Positions 7,919 through 17,708 of a stretch of 64,000 nt of DNA are shown one piece after another; within the stretch, counting starts at the first letter, position 1; each line of letters opens with the position of its first letter. This DNA comes from Candidatus Aenigmatarchaeota archaeon. Its GTDB lineage: Archaea; Aenigmatarchaeota; Aenigmatarchaeia; GW2011-AR5. The position numbers and the translations under genes are program-made. The notes under the pieces were generated by a model. It made no database searches, was not told where the DNA came from, and saw only the letters and a list, made by a program, of their open reading frames with translations. The stretch lies in assembly GCA_016187335.1 (NCBI GenBank), contig JACPJW010000002.1, forward strand, positions 32,510-96,509. The letters are read 5' to 3'.

Positions 7919-10900
7919 TTACGCCGGCTTTGCTTCCGCCCTTCTGCAGTCAGGGCAGAACGAGCATTCGCCGGGGTCGCATATGTTGTTGCTCAGGCAG
8001 CCGGAGCACTGCTCGCCTTGCGGCGGCTGGAATTGCTGTTGCGGTGCCGCCGTTGCTGTTCCGCCCGCTCCGCCTCCGCTTGTCCCGCCCCTGCAGTCAA
8101 CCTGGCATGCAGTCGGATTGTTCCGCTCGAAGTCGTCGCAGATGCCGTCGCCGCAAAGGTTGTAGCCTTCCTGCGGCTGCTGTTGAATTGATTGCACCTG
8201 CTGCACCGGCTGCTGGAATTGTCCTTGTGGCTGCTGGAACTGCTGCGGCTGATTGAATTCGCCGCCTTCAAATTCGCTGAACTCTTCTCTTCTTCCAAAG
8301 CCAGAGCCGCCTCCTTTGCCGCTTGCTAGCTGCTCAAGTCCCTGCTTTGCTTCTGCTGGCAGATACTGCCCTAAATATTGCAGGCATTCTTTCGCTTCTG
8401 AAGGTCCGCGGCCGCAGTAATCCTTGCATTCCTCGCCGCTGCATTTGCCCGGCACGCCTGGCGCATTTTGCCCGCCTGTTCCATACTTCTTCATCAGTTC
8501 AACCATAGGGCCCTCGCAGTAAGGGAATATATCCTTCTCAGGGTTGTTCACGCCGAGTGCGTAATTCTTTATCTTGCACGTCATGTCGTAAGGCGGCTTG
8601 ACTCCGGGTATTGCTCCCGCAGGCGGACCCTCTCCTTCCGGCAGCACGGCGTACATAATGCAGGCGTCGCCTTCAAGCCCGCGCACTTCAACCTTCGGCC
8701 CCTTGCTGCCTTCAGGATAGAATATGAGCTTCTTGCACAGCCGGAATCCCCTGTTGAAGCACTCTCCGTCAGAGCCGCACTCAGTGTCGCTGGTTGCCGC
8801 TACGGCCTCGAAGTTGTCGCCTACCTTGACAGCCTGCGACTCCTTTATGCTGTTGACGTCATCACTGGAGCTCAGCATGAGATACAAGGCATCCTTCATC
8901 ATGACGTCTTTTATATAGCGGATGTCGCCCTTGACTCCGATGAGGTCGTTCTCGCCCGGCGTTCCTTTCTGGACAATGTCCCGCAGCTTTGTTTTTATCT
9001 CGTCAACCTTGCCTTTTGCTGCCGAGAACATGTTTGAAACGCGCCTGTACCGGCCTTCGTCTGCTGATTTCGTCGATTCGTAATAATTCGCGATATCCTC
9101 TGTTTTCTTTGCCAGCCTGTCCAGTTCTATTCTCAGTTCCTCCATCTTGAATGCCATCGAAAGAAGGTCCGATGATTCGGGTATTTTCTCTATGGACTCT
9201 ACATCCGCTTCCCTTATGTCGCCCTTTACAACGCATTGCGAGAGCGACACGCATCCGCTGTTGTCCCTTCGCACAATCATTTCGCCGCCCTGCTGCCCGC
9301 ATTTTTCGTAGGCTTCTTTCGGCAGGTCGCGCGAGCACTGCGACGTCTCGCCGCATTTCATCAGGGGGCATCCGCTTTCATCAAAATCTTTTATGACGGA
9401 AAGCCCCTTTTCAAGGCAGCTGCCTTCAATTCTCTGCCTCTGCTCCAGCGGTATTGGCTCGCATCCGCTTTTCGTCGGCTTTGAAGAGCATTTGGAAATC
9501 CTGCAGCCGCCCTGGGTAGAAAACACAAGGCCGAGACCCAGCTGCTCGCAGCCTTTTCGCGTCGCCTCTACTTCCCTTTCAGTTTCGCTCCGGCACTTCT
9601 TTCCCTGCTCAAGCGGGTTCAGTTCCGGCAGAAGCTGCGGCGAAGATTCGCCGAAAGAGCAGTCAGGAAAGCTGCAGCCGTTGACATCGTTCCTTATTTG
9701 GAATCTTCCTCCTTTTGCTTCGCATGTCTGCTTTGCATCATGCGGTATTGAAAATTCAGGGCACGTGCGCCTTATGTCTTCGCACACGACCTTCACGAAG
9801 CCTGTTTCCTTCTCAACTTCCTGCCTGCATCCCTGCGGTATTCTGTCTTCTGAAACGCGGCACGGCTCGCAGAACCTGCCGCCCCTTGGGTCTGTCCTGC
9901 ATGCCGCAAAAGATCCGTCAGGGCATTTTATCCTGTCCGGTTCCGCTCCGACGCAGTCCTGCCGGCAGTTTTGCGAGTTTTCTCCGCCGCTGCATACGCT
10001 GTCGCCGCAGCATGTTGCAGGACCCCTACATCCTCTCTCGTCGAACGAGCCGCTGACTGAATAGCCGCGCTCGCACACAGGCGCGGGATGGACAGGACAC
10101 TCCTGCCTTTGGCAGTCGCTCGGGCACGTTCCTGCATAAGACGGCTGTCCTAAGCAGCCTGGGTCGGCTCCCGGCCCGCATCCTCCCGTCACATCCGCTT
10201 CTCCTTCTTCGCATATATTGTTTCCGCAGGCGGCTTTCCCTCTGCAGTCATCAGGGCACGTCACGGAACTTTCTGCTGCTTCGCATACGCCGTTGCCGCA
10301 CGTGCTTGTCCTGCCCGGGCACCTGTCAACCTTGTTCCATCCGGGCGGCAGGCATGAATTAGAGAATTCCTTGCAGTTGCCTGCTGCATCCGTCGCGGGC
10401 GTTATGACGGTAACGCATGCTTCCGTCTTTCCCAAAGGCGTGCATAAATATCCGGTCACGCAGCCCTTGCTGTCGTATTCCGCTCTCGCGTAAGCGCCCG
10501 AAGAGCATTGTGGTTGCGCAGGCGGCGTTGGGCATGTTGTTGTCTGGTTTTGGGGAGGTTGCGGAGGAGGCGATGGCGGCGGCGCTGTTGTTTGGTTTTG
10601 TTGTGTCGTGGTTGTCTGCTGCTGCTCATGTCCCGTGCATGATGCATCGCAAGGTCTGCAGCCTGAACCGGCGTCGCAAGTCTGCTGGCACTTTGCTTCA
10701 AATCCGTCGGGGCATACTTTTTTTGTTTCCCCGCAGGAAGTTGCCTGCTCATTATATTTACATTGCCCTGTGGAAGATTCGCATGTTCCCGGAGAATATG
10801 TGATATAGCTGTTGCCCCTGCACGAAGCGGCAGGCGGGCTGTTGCACGAAACGCCGGCGCACGGGTCCGGCGGCGGTGCCTGTTGCTGTCCCGACGTGTC

Positions 10901-10966
10901 ATTTTGCGCGAAAACGACTGAGAGGAACAAAGAAGCAACTAACGCAATTACGAACGCCTTGCGCAT
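7919..10966 (-). CDS. Large Cys-rich secreted protein with CG[DN]GxC repeats and central helical domain
   Basis: Signal peptide MRKAFVIALVASLFLSVVFA; several CG[ND]xxC..C..DC modules; Q/P-rich linkers. Confidence 0.85.
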   Translation of the reverse strand: MRKAFVIALVASLFLSVVFAQNDTSGQQQAPPPDPCAGVSCNSPPAASCRGNSYITYSPGTCESSTGQCKYNEQATSCGETKKVCPDGFEAKCQQTCDAGSGCRPCDASCTGHEQQQTTTTQQNQTTAPPPSPPPQPPQNQTTTCPTPPAQPQCSSGAYARAEYDSKGCVTGYLCTPLGKTEACVTVITPATDAAGNCKEFSNSCLPPGWNKVDRCPGRTSTCGNGVCEAAESSVTCPDDCRGKAACGNNICEEGEADVTGGCGPGADPGCLGQPSYAGTCPSDCQRQECPVHPAPVCERGYSVSGSFDERGCRGPATCCGDSVCSGGENSQNCRQDCVGAEPDRIKCPDGSFAACRTDPRGGRFCEPCRVSEDRIPQGCRQEVEKETGFVKVVCEDIRRTCPEFSIPHDAKQTCEAKGGRFQIRNDVNGCSFPDCSFGESSPQLLPELNPLEQGKKCRSETEREVEATRKGCEQLGLGLVFSTQGGCRISKCSSKPTKSGCEPIPLEQRQRIEGSCLEKGLSVIKDFDESGCPLMKCGETSQCSRDLPKEAYEKCGQQGGEMIVRRDNSGCVSLSQCVVKGDIREADVESIEKIPESSDLLSMAFKMEELRIELDRLAKKTEDIANYYESTKSADEGRYRRVSNMFSAAKGKVDEIKTKLRDIVQKGTPGENDLIGVKGDIRYIKDVMMKDALYLMLSSSDDVNSIKESQAVKVGDNFEAVAATSDTECGSDGECFNRGFRLCKKLIFYPEGSKGPKVEVRGLEGDACIMYAVLPEGEGPPAGAIPGVKPPYDMTCKIKNYALGVNNPEKDIFPYCEGPMVELMKKYGTGGQNAPGVPGKCSGEECKDYCGRGPSEAKECLQYLGQYLPAEAKQGLEQLASGKGGGSGFGRREEFSEFEGGEFNQPQQFQQPQGQFQQPVQQVQSIQQQPQEGYNLCGDGICDDFERNNPTACQVDCRGGTSGGGAGGTATAAPQQQFQPPQGEQCSGCLSNNICDPGECSFCPDCRRAEAKPA

Positions 10967-11296
10967 TTTAAAACTTGGTTTTGGTTCATATATAAGCGTT
11001 TTATGTAGGGTAAAAAAGAATCAAGGCAAAAACGAAACAAAAAAATCCGGAACCGCTTCAATTTCCTGAAAACCGATTTTGACGAATAAGGAGCTTCTGA
11101 AAAACTCAAGGGGACGTTGCGCTTTCGCCTTCGACTCACCATCACTTAACAGGCATTAGACAAAATATTTTTATACTCGTTTTATATATTGCACGGTCGT
11201 CGGACGCAAAGTATTATCTACAAGGGCTTGAATTTTTAACAAATTAGATGGATGAACCGATTGAAACATTTTATATTTATCTAGGCTACTTTAATT

Positions 11297-12139
11297 ATGG
11301 GAATTTTCGACAGATTCAAAAAGTCTATTATTTCAAAAGAAGATGTTATAGAAAATTTTATTTATTTAAAAGAAGATCCGACCCAACAAATACAATATGA
11401 AATTAAAAACGGAATTATACATTTTCGAAATCTAAATGTCACCAATGTTCTAGGAGTTGATTTGCGAATTAATAAGACTTGGTATAGACTTTGCAACTGG
11501 GAGGGATTTCATATTTATGTCATGGGATTGGTTGGGGGTTGGAATGCAATAGAAGGCATGATACAGCTTAGTGATTCTTTGAAAAAAGGAAATATACCAG
11601 ATATGATAAAAAATGCTGATGAAAAAACATTAAAAGAAATTAAAAACTATAAACCACCAGAAAATTTTGTTACTATTAAAGATAAAATTGAGAAAATGAG
11701 TAAATCGGAAATAAAAAAGATAAAGAAAGTCAAGGAAATTATAGGAAGCGAGAAATTAATTCTTTCGCATACAGTAGATCAACTAAGTTTTATAATTAAT
11801 CTTATCAAGAAGGACAAAAAAATACAAACAACTAAAAATAAGCCTGTTGCTGAAATAGAAAGTTTTATCTACAAAAAACCTGTATTTTCCATGGATACAG
11901 ATGAAATGGAACTAAAATTAGTTAGATTTTTCATATTACAAGATAAAATTACCCCAGAACACGCAAAACTAATTCTACCAGTCGTCAAAGATTTTCTTGA
12001 TGGAATAATGAATCAACCAGGAGTTCTAATACCAAAAGAAACAATTGAATTGGAAATAAAATACTTCAAAAACTATATCAAAATTTTAAAAAAATCAATA
12101 AAAGATAATTCAACAATAGAACCTCTGCTCTTGAAATGA
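11297..12139 (+). CDS. AT-rich hypothetical protein (ORFan-like)
   Basis: 280-aa ORF, Lys/Ile-rich, visibly more AT-rich than flanks. Confidence 0.75.
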   Translation: MGIFDRFKKSIISKEDVIENFIYLKEDPTQQIQYEIKNGIIHFRNLNVTNVLGVDLRINKTWYRLCNWEGFHIYVMGLVGGWNAIEGMIQLSDSLKKGNIPDMIKNADEKTLKEIKNYKPPENFVTIKDKIEKMSKSEIKKIKKVKEIIGSEKLILSHTVDQLSFIINLIKKDKKIQTTKNKPVAEIESFIYKKPVFSMDTDEMELKLVRFFILQDKITPEHAKLILPVVKDFLDGIMNQPGVLIPKETIELEIKYFKNYIKILKKSIKDNSTIEPLLLK

Positions 12140-12310
12140 AATAGGGAACTTAGGTCCCCCATAACCCTCCTTGTGTGCGACTCGCTTCCACTGCGGGTTC
12201 CTATGAAATTTGTGAAGAACCCACAGTATTCCCGCTAGGCGAATAACTACGGAATTTGCCCTCCGTCATACGCCTTAAAATCAATCTAAGTTAATGAAGG
12301 TCTCCAGAGG

Positions 12311-14473
12311 CTAAGCTCTCGCCGGCAGCTCGACCCTGCTGATTTCTTCCATGCTGTCAAGATTGTTCGCCTTCACGAATTTGTCTGATATCGTGTAAAG
12401 CGCATTGCCTATGTACAATGACCTTCTCACCTGATGGCGCGGGTAATAATACTCGCCGTCTTTTTCCTTTTCGTCGTGCGTTACCTTTCCTTTCAGCACA
12501 AAGCCTTTCTCAAGCGTCACGTCAAATACATAGGCGCCCTGCCACGAATATTCATAAGGCTTCTCTGCCAGAAGCGCGGGGATAACAAGCAGGTTCTTTG
12601 CCCTGCTGAACAGGAACGCCTTGTGGTCTCTCAGGGCTTCGGAATCCGTCCCCCTTTCGCCTATTTCGAATTTCGCCAGCTCTTTCGGGTTTGAAACATC
12701 GCTTACGTCGAACAGCGATATTTTCAGCCCCTTGAATACAGCCCTCTTCTCATCTTCTGTTGCCCTGCCCACTCCAATGATATGGTTCTCATCGTAAGGG
12801 TGCAGGTAATCGGACACGCCGGGAATCTTAAGCTCGCCCAGCGCTCGCGGGTTCGCGGGATCCTTCAGGTCTATCACGAAAAGCGGGTCTGTCCTGACAA
12901 AAGTCACAAGATAAGCGCGGTCGCCCATGAAGCGCGCTGAAAATATCCTTTCGCCCGGCGCAAGGTCTTCTACCCTGCCTGCAATTTTCATGTCGCTGTC
13001 AAGGACGTAAACATTGTTCAGGGTTGAAGACCGCGGCCTTTGCGGCGGTGGCTGCGAAGGAGGTGAAGACGCTGAAGTCTCAACTGTCACCACCGGTACC
13101 GCGGGTTTTTCTATAGCTCCAGATGCCTGCGCAATTCTTGATCCGGCATTCACATCAGCTGCTGCAATTTCGACTGAGGCACCGCCAAAGCCAGGGTTTG
13201 TCGTCGTTGCTATCCTGAAATAGCCTTTGTATTCGTCCATCGAGAACTGGTTCAGCGGCTGTCCTGGGACTTCTCCGTTGGTTTTGTATTCTATCTTCCC
13301 GCCGCTTATCGCTATTTTATGTACTACACTCTTGTCCATTTCTTTTGCAATTTCCCCCTGTATTTCCGCATATTTTTCCTCCATTCTCTTCATGATACGC
13401 GCGGCTTCCTCGGGGTTCAGTGACTCAAGCCACTCGCGCAGCGTTTTTTCGGTTTCGGATATTTTTTGGTAGTAAGGCTTTTCCGAATTTCTTATTTCCC
13501 TTATCCTGCCGGCAGTTTCATCAGGCACCCTAGGGATTATCACATCGTCGATAAGCCGCTCAATTGCATAGGAATCTTTCACGTGTTTCTGGTAAACCAT
13601 GTATATGTTGCTATCAGAAACGTAGAGCGTGCCCGAGCGTCCTAAAAGGAAAACCTTGTTTTCCTCGTTTTTTGAATCGTCTCTAACGTTAAACGAAGCT
13701 ATGTTCGTGAACTGGTACGACCTGTCGGGGAAGTCAAAATAGTGGATATCGGGAAAGTCTTTTCCGCCAGATGAGAACGGCAGCACTACTTCGTCGCCGT
13801 TATAGAATGCCGGCGCTGTTATTATGGCATAAACATAATCGCCTATCATGCGCGAGCTGAAGTAGGTCCCGTTGAAATTAAGGTTTCTTTTAAGGACGGG
13901 GCTCGATTTGTCCGAAACGTCATAAACATGCAGGAACGTGGCCGCGAAATAAGGCCTGGCAATAACAGGGGATTCTTTTCTTCCGAACACGACAAGCTTA
14001 TCTCCGTTTATGTAAATTTCCTGGACGTTGCTGTCTGTAAAGTTTACGTAAGAAAGGAGCTTCGCGCTTTCCGGCGGGTAAGCATCTATAATCGCAATGC
14101 CGTTTTCAGCGGCTGCGTAAATGTATTTCCCGTCGCTTTTTACAATATCCGCTTCGTCAACGCCGGCAACCTGGATGTTTGTCGTGGAGTAATCATCTGA
14201 GCGCTGCGTTGTTTCCGCTTTCATTTCTGATCCGGCTGCTGCCATAACAGCTTCCGTTGAAACAAACCCGTATTCTTCTGCATTGGCCTTGAGGAAATTT
14301 TTCAGCTCTTCCGGAGATGAGAACTTCTTTAATTCTGACTGCGAAGTGCCTTGTTTTGCTACTGCGAATAAAACAACCGCTGCTGCCAAAAAAGCAATCA
14401 AAGCAAGGTAAACCAGCGACTGTGACTCTCCTTTGTGCCTATGAACTCTTCTGTTGTAATTTTCTCCGGACAT
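12311..14473 (-). CDS. Secreted/membrane-anchored beta-propeller domain protein
   Basis: N-terminal TM; YSTTNIQVAGVDEADIVKSDGKYIY, NQFSMDEY, GERIFSARF, GELKIPGVSDYLHP. Confidence 0.88.
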   Translation of the reverse strand: MSGENYNRRVHRHKGESQSLVYLALIAFLAAAVVLFAVAKQGTSQSELKKFSSPEELKNFLKANAEEYGFVSTEAVMAAAGSEMKAETTQRSDDYSTTNIQVAGVDEADIVKSDGKYIYAAAENGIAIIDAYPPESAKLLSYVNFTDSNVQEIYINGDKLVVFGRKESPVIARPYFAATFLHVYDVSDKSSPVLKRNLNFNGTYFSSRMIGDYVYAIITAPAFYNGDEVVLPFSSGGKDFPDIHYFDFPDRSYQFTNIASFNVRDDSKNEENKVFLLGRSGTLYVSDSNIYMVYQKHVKDSYAIERLIDDVIIPRVPDETAGRIREIRNSEKPYYQKISETEKTLREWLESLNPEEAARIMKRMEEKYAEIQGEIAKEMDKSVVHKIAISGGKIEYKTNGEVPGQPLNQFSMDEYKGYFRIATTTNPGFGGASVEIAAADVNAGSRIAQASGAIEKPAVPVVTVETSASSPPSQPPPQRPRSSTLNNVYVLDSDMKIAGRVEDLAPGERIFSARFMGDRAYLVTFVRTDPLFVIDLKDPANPRALGELKIPGVSDYLHPYDENHIIGVGRATEDEKRAVFKGLKISLFDVSDVSNPKELAKFEIGERGTDSEALRDHKAFLFSRAKNLLVIPALLAEKPYEYSWQGAYVFDVTLEKGFVLKGKVTHDEKEKDGEYYYPRHQVRRSLYIGNALYTISDKFVKANNLDSMEEISRVELPARA

Positions 14474-14499
14474 GAATACATTAATGAGCTCTATTTTAT

Positions 14500-15048
14500 T
14501 TATATTGTCTGATTTGTTAGGGTCTTTGCCCTAAGATTTCTGATTGCCACATACGTTATGCCGGTTATGCCGATAAAAGTGAGAACCAGACCTAGGATGG
14601 CATCAGGATTCATTGGTTCAGGCGCAGGAGGCTCGGCAGGCGCGGATTGCTCCGCGGGCGAGACTTTTTGCGCAGCGGTGGCCGATTCCTGCGCACCGGT
14701 AACCGCGTCCATTGCCATGAAAACGTCCTGCGATGATGTGTAAAGATACGTTCCTGCAGCGGCTATGAGGAAGAACATGGAAAACATCACAGCCCAGGAA
14801 TAATTCGGCTTCAGCAAGCTTTCGCCCTTTTGTGTCAGCTTGTAGTAAACCCATTTATTCCCTTCCTGCCTGTAAACTAAACCGGATTTTTCCAAGACTC
14901 CCAGATGCTCTGCTACCGTCGTGACGTGCTTGTCAAGTATCTTCGAAAGCTCAGAAGCCGTGTAAGGCCTTCTGGCTATGTGCTTTATGATTTCCTGCCT
15001 TGTCGATGTATTCAGAGCTTTCAGCGTTACAGAGTCCATTATTTCCAT
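14500..15048 (-). CDS. ArsR-type HTH regulator with two transmembrane helices
   Basis: LKALNTSTRQEIIKHI..TASELSKIL..HLGVLEKSGLV, then two hydrophobic segments. Confidence 0.85.
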   Translation of the reverse strand: MEIMDSVTLKALNTSTRQEIIKHIARRPYTASELSKILDKHVTTVAEHLGVLEKSGLVYRQEGNKWVYYKLTQKGESLLKPNYSWAVMFSMFFLIAAAGTYLYTSSQDVFMAMDAVTGAQESATAAQKVSPAEQSAPAEPPAPEPMNPDAILGLVLTFIGITGITYVAIRNLRAKTLTNQTI

Positions 15049-15133
15049 AATAGAAATCTTCAGGTGATAGTTATTAAATGTTACGTTTTGTTAGGGTGGT
15101 AAAAAATTTATCCTTTGCGCAACAGTTATATTC

Positions 15134-15832
15134 ATGCCCCAATTCTCTTTGGTGGTTCTGGAAAGCAGAAAGGAAGCAGCAGACACCATGGCGATAAAGT
15201 TTGAAAAGCCGCAGATAGATTACAAGCCCGGCCAGTACATGCTTTACGAGCTGCCTGTGCAGGACCCGGAAGGCCCGACGCGTTCCTTCTCGCTTGCCTC
15301 GTCGCCCACCGAAAGCTTCCTGATGCTTACAACAAAACTTACAGGAAGCGTATTCAAGAGCAAGCTGGCGCAGATGAAAAAAGGCGACACCATAAATGCA
15401 AGCGGACCTTCAGGACGCTTTGTTCTGCAGGACTCGCCAAAACATCTTTTCATCGCCGGCGGCATCGGGATAACGCCGTTCCGCTCCATGATAAAGTACG
15501 CTGTTGACACAGAACTGCAAGAAAAGATAACGCTGCTTTATTCAAACAAAGTTCCGGAGGAGATAGCTTTTTTCGATGAGCTTGATAAATGGCAGAATCA
15601 GAACAGATTCTTGCGCGTTGTCCACACGATAACTAAGCCCGAGGAAAGCGAGGAGCAATGGAACGGACGAGTTGGCAGGATTGATGCCGCACTGATAAAA
15701 GAGCATCTGGACGCTGAAACTATTGTTTACGTATGCGGACCGCCGGGGATGGTTGACGCCATGGTTGCCGTGCTCAAGGACATAGGCGTGCCTGAGAAAA
15801 GAATCAAGGCCGAAAGATTTGAGGGGTACTGA
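15134..15832 (+). CDS. FAD/NAD(P)-binding oxidoreductase (ferredoxin-NADP reductase family)
   Basis: YKPGQY, RSFSLAS, IAGGIGITPFRSM, YVCGPPGMV, ERFEGY. Confidence 0.93.
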   Translation: MPQFSLVVLESRKEAADTMAIKFEKPQIDYKPGQYMLYELPVQDPEGPTRSFSLASSPTESFLMLTTKLTGSVFKSKLAQMKKGDTINASGPSGRFVLQDSPKHLFIAGGIGITPFRSMIKYAVDTELQEKITLLYSNKVPEEIAFFDELDKWQNQNRFLRVVHTITKPEESEEQWNGRVGRIDAALIKEHLDAETIVYVCGPPGMVDAMVAVLKDIGVPEKRIKAERFEGY

Positions 15833-15881
15833 TATAATTTTAAAAGGCTTCATGCTTCGGATATTGTAAAGTGATTATAAC

Positions 15882-16073
15882 TTGCACTGGTTAAAACCTG
15901 GTTATGAACTTAGGGAGGGAGATTGGGCAATTACTAGAGATGGTCATGTACTGGTTGTTGAAAGATTCGTCATTACCCCGAAAAGAGGAACGGTAGAATG
16001 CACCATTTACCCGAAAAACGAACTTCCTTACTGGCCTGATGAAATCGCTGTTTATATAAGGGTACGCGGCTGA
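15882..16073 (+). CDS. Hypothetical small protein
   Basis: 63-aa ORF with TTG start. Confidence 0.4.
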   Translation: MHWLKPGYELREGDWAITRDGHVLVVERFVITPKRGTVECTIYPKNELPYWPDEIAVYIRVRG

Positions 16074-16107
16074 CGAATCATTTAATAATCAATCATTCAT
16101 AATAGAA

Positions 16108-16335
16108 TTGATAATCATGTTCGGCTTCTTGGAAAAGATAAAGCGCTTGTTCAGGAAAAAGGAAGAGCCTCAGCAGCCGCAGCAACCTGTCGAGATAAAA
16201 GAAGTGAAAGAACCTCAAAAGGAGCAACAAAAACAGAGGAAAGACCCCGACCGCCCGGAAAAGAACTGCCCCCACTGCGGCGCGCCGAATGACACCTTCG
16301 TGCATGTCTGCTGGCTCTGCAAGAAGGATATATGA
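16108..16335 (+). CDS. Small zinc-ribbon protein
   Basis: CPHCGAPN..VCWLC at C-terminus; FGFLEKIKRLF amphipathic N-terminus. Confidence 0.7.
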   Translation: MIIMFGFLEKIKRLFRKKEEPQQPQQPVEIKEVKEPQKEQQKQRKDPDRPEKNCPHCGAPNDTFVHVCWLCKKDI

Positions 16336-16567
16336 CACAAATTATTTCTGCGCGGCTTTTTCCTCAACCAAGACGGCGTTTAATACCACGTTCTGCTCGG
16401 AACTGGCAGCATCTTTCTGACAAGCATTTATCATTTAACGCTTTTATTTGTAGGCGTTGATGGGTCGTTGATATGCCGTTGATATTGTATTTATTGAGAG
16501 CGGTAGAAAATATTCTGAATCTAACACACTGCGATATTTTTATAAACATTACGCTACAGCTCTTATC

Positions 16568-17623
16568 ATGGTTCTCGAGGTTATAAAAGCTGTTCCTTAC
16601 GGAGATTGGATTCTTGCAGCGGCGATAGTGGCTGTTTTTGTTGTCGCATCAAAGCTATTTGTGATATTTCTTGAGCGTGTAGTGCTCCGCATCACTTCAA
16701 AGACAAAAACGGCATTGGACGACGCGATATTGAAAGCCGTGAAGAAGCCCCTGTACATCGGGATAATTCTTGCCGGCGTTTTTCTTGCCATCGATTCGCT
16801 AAATTATGTCGATATTTATCTGGACGCCATAAAGGCGGGGTTCACCGTCATATGGGTACTTCTCGGCGCGTACACAGCAAGCAGGGTGCTAAAAGCTTTC
16901 TTCTCTTGGTACGCTACGGAAATAGCGCAAAAAACCAAAACGAAATTAGACGAAACAATGATGCCCATAATAAGGAAGATATTGAACGTGTTCATCTACG
17001 CCATTGCCTTGATGATAATACTCAAAGGTTTCGGCGTAGAGATCACGCCATTAGTCGCAGGTCTCGGCATAGGCGGCTTGGCCATTGCGCTCGCCCTGCA
17101 GGATTCTTTGGCGAACCTGTTTTCAGGCGCGTTCATGGTCTCGGACAAGATAATAAAAGCCGGGGATTTCATAGAGCTCGAGGGCGGGATTAAGGGCTTT
17201 GTCGAAGAAATAGGCTGGAGAACCACAAAGGTAAGGACGCTCCCCAACAACCTTGTCATAATACCAAACTCAAAAATTGCAAACAGTACTATAACAGACT
17301 ACAGTGCTCCGATAGAGGAGATGTCTGTTGTAGTTCCAGTGGGGGTCGCCTACGATTCCGATTTAGGAAAGGTGGAAAAGATGACTATAGAGGTTGCAAA
17401 AGACACATTAAAAAATGTTGCGGGCGGCAAGAAGGATTTCGAGCCTTTCATACGCTACAATGCATTCGGCGATTCCAACATAAACTTTTCTGTTATACTG
17501 AGGGTGGAGAAGTTTGTCGACCAGTACCTTGTGGTGCACGAATTCATAAAGGCCCTGAAGAAGAGATACGACGAGGAGGAAATAGAGATATCGTTCCCTG
17601 TGAGGAAGATTGTGCAAAAGTAG
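16568..17623 (+). CDS. mscS: Small-conductance mechanosensitive channel
   Basis: GLGIGGLAIALALQDSLANLFSG, GDFIEL, IGWRTTKVRT, IPNS. Confidence 0.96.
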   Translation: MVLEVIKAVPYGDWILAAAIVAVFVVASKLFVIFLERVVLRITSKTKTALDDAILKAVKKPLYIGIILAGVFLAIDSLNYVDIYLDAIKAGFTVIWVLLGAYTASRVLKAFFSWYATEIAQKTKTKLDETMMPIIRKILNVFIYAIALMIILKGFGVEITPLVAGLGIGGLAIALALQDSLANLFSGAFMVSDKIIKAGDFIELEGGIKGFVEEIGWRTTKVRTLPNNLVIIPNSKIANSTITDYSAPIEEMSVVVPVGVAYDSDLGKVEKMTIEVAKDTLKNVAGGKKDFEPFIRYNAFGDSNINFSVILRVEKFVDQYLVVHEFIKALKKRYDEEEIEISFPVRKIVQK

Positions 17624-17708
17624 AGTTTGTTTAAGTTATTTCTCTTTTTAGTATTACGCAAAGCGTCCGCTTCAATCTCAGTCCGCAAAACCTCGGCTTG
17701 ACTTCTTT

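Noticed and set aside
7453-8256. 267-aa plus-strand ORF and many similar 60-220 aa ORFs in the track
   Set aside because: Antisense or frame shadows of well-supported genes, with no recognisable motifs
16364-16549. 61-aa minus-strand ORF in the intergenic gap before mscS
   Set aside because: No motif or clear SD; may be promoter region
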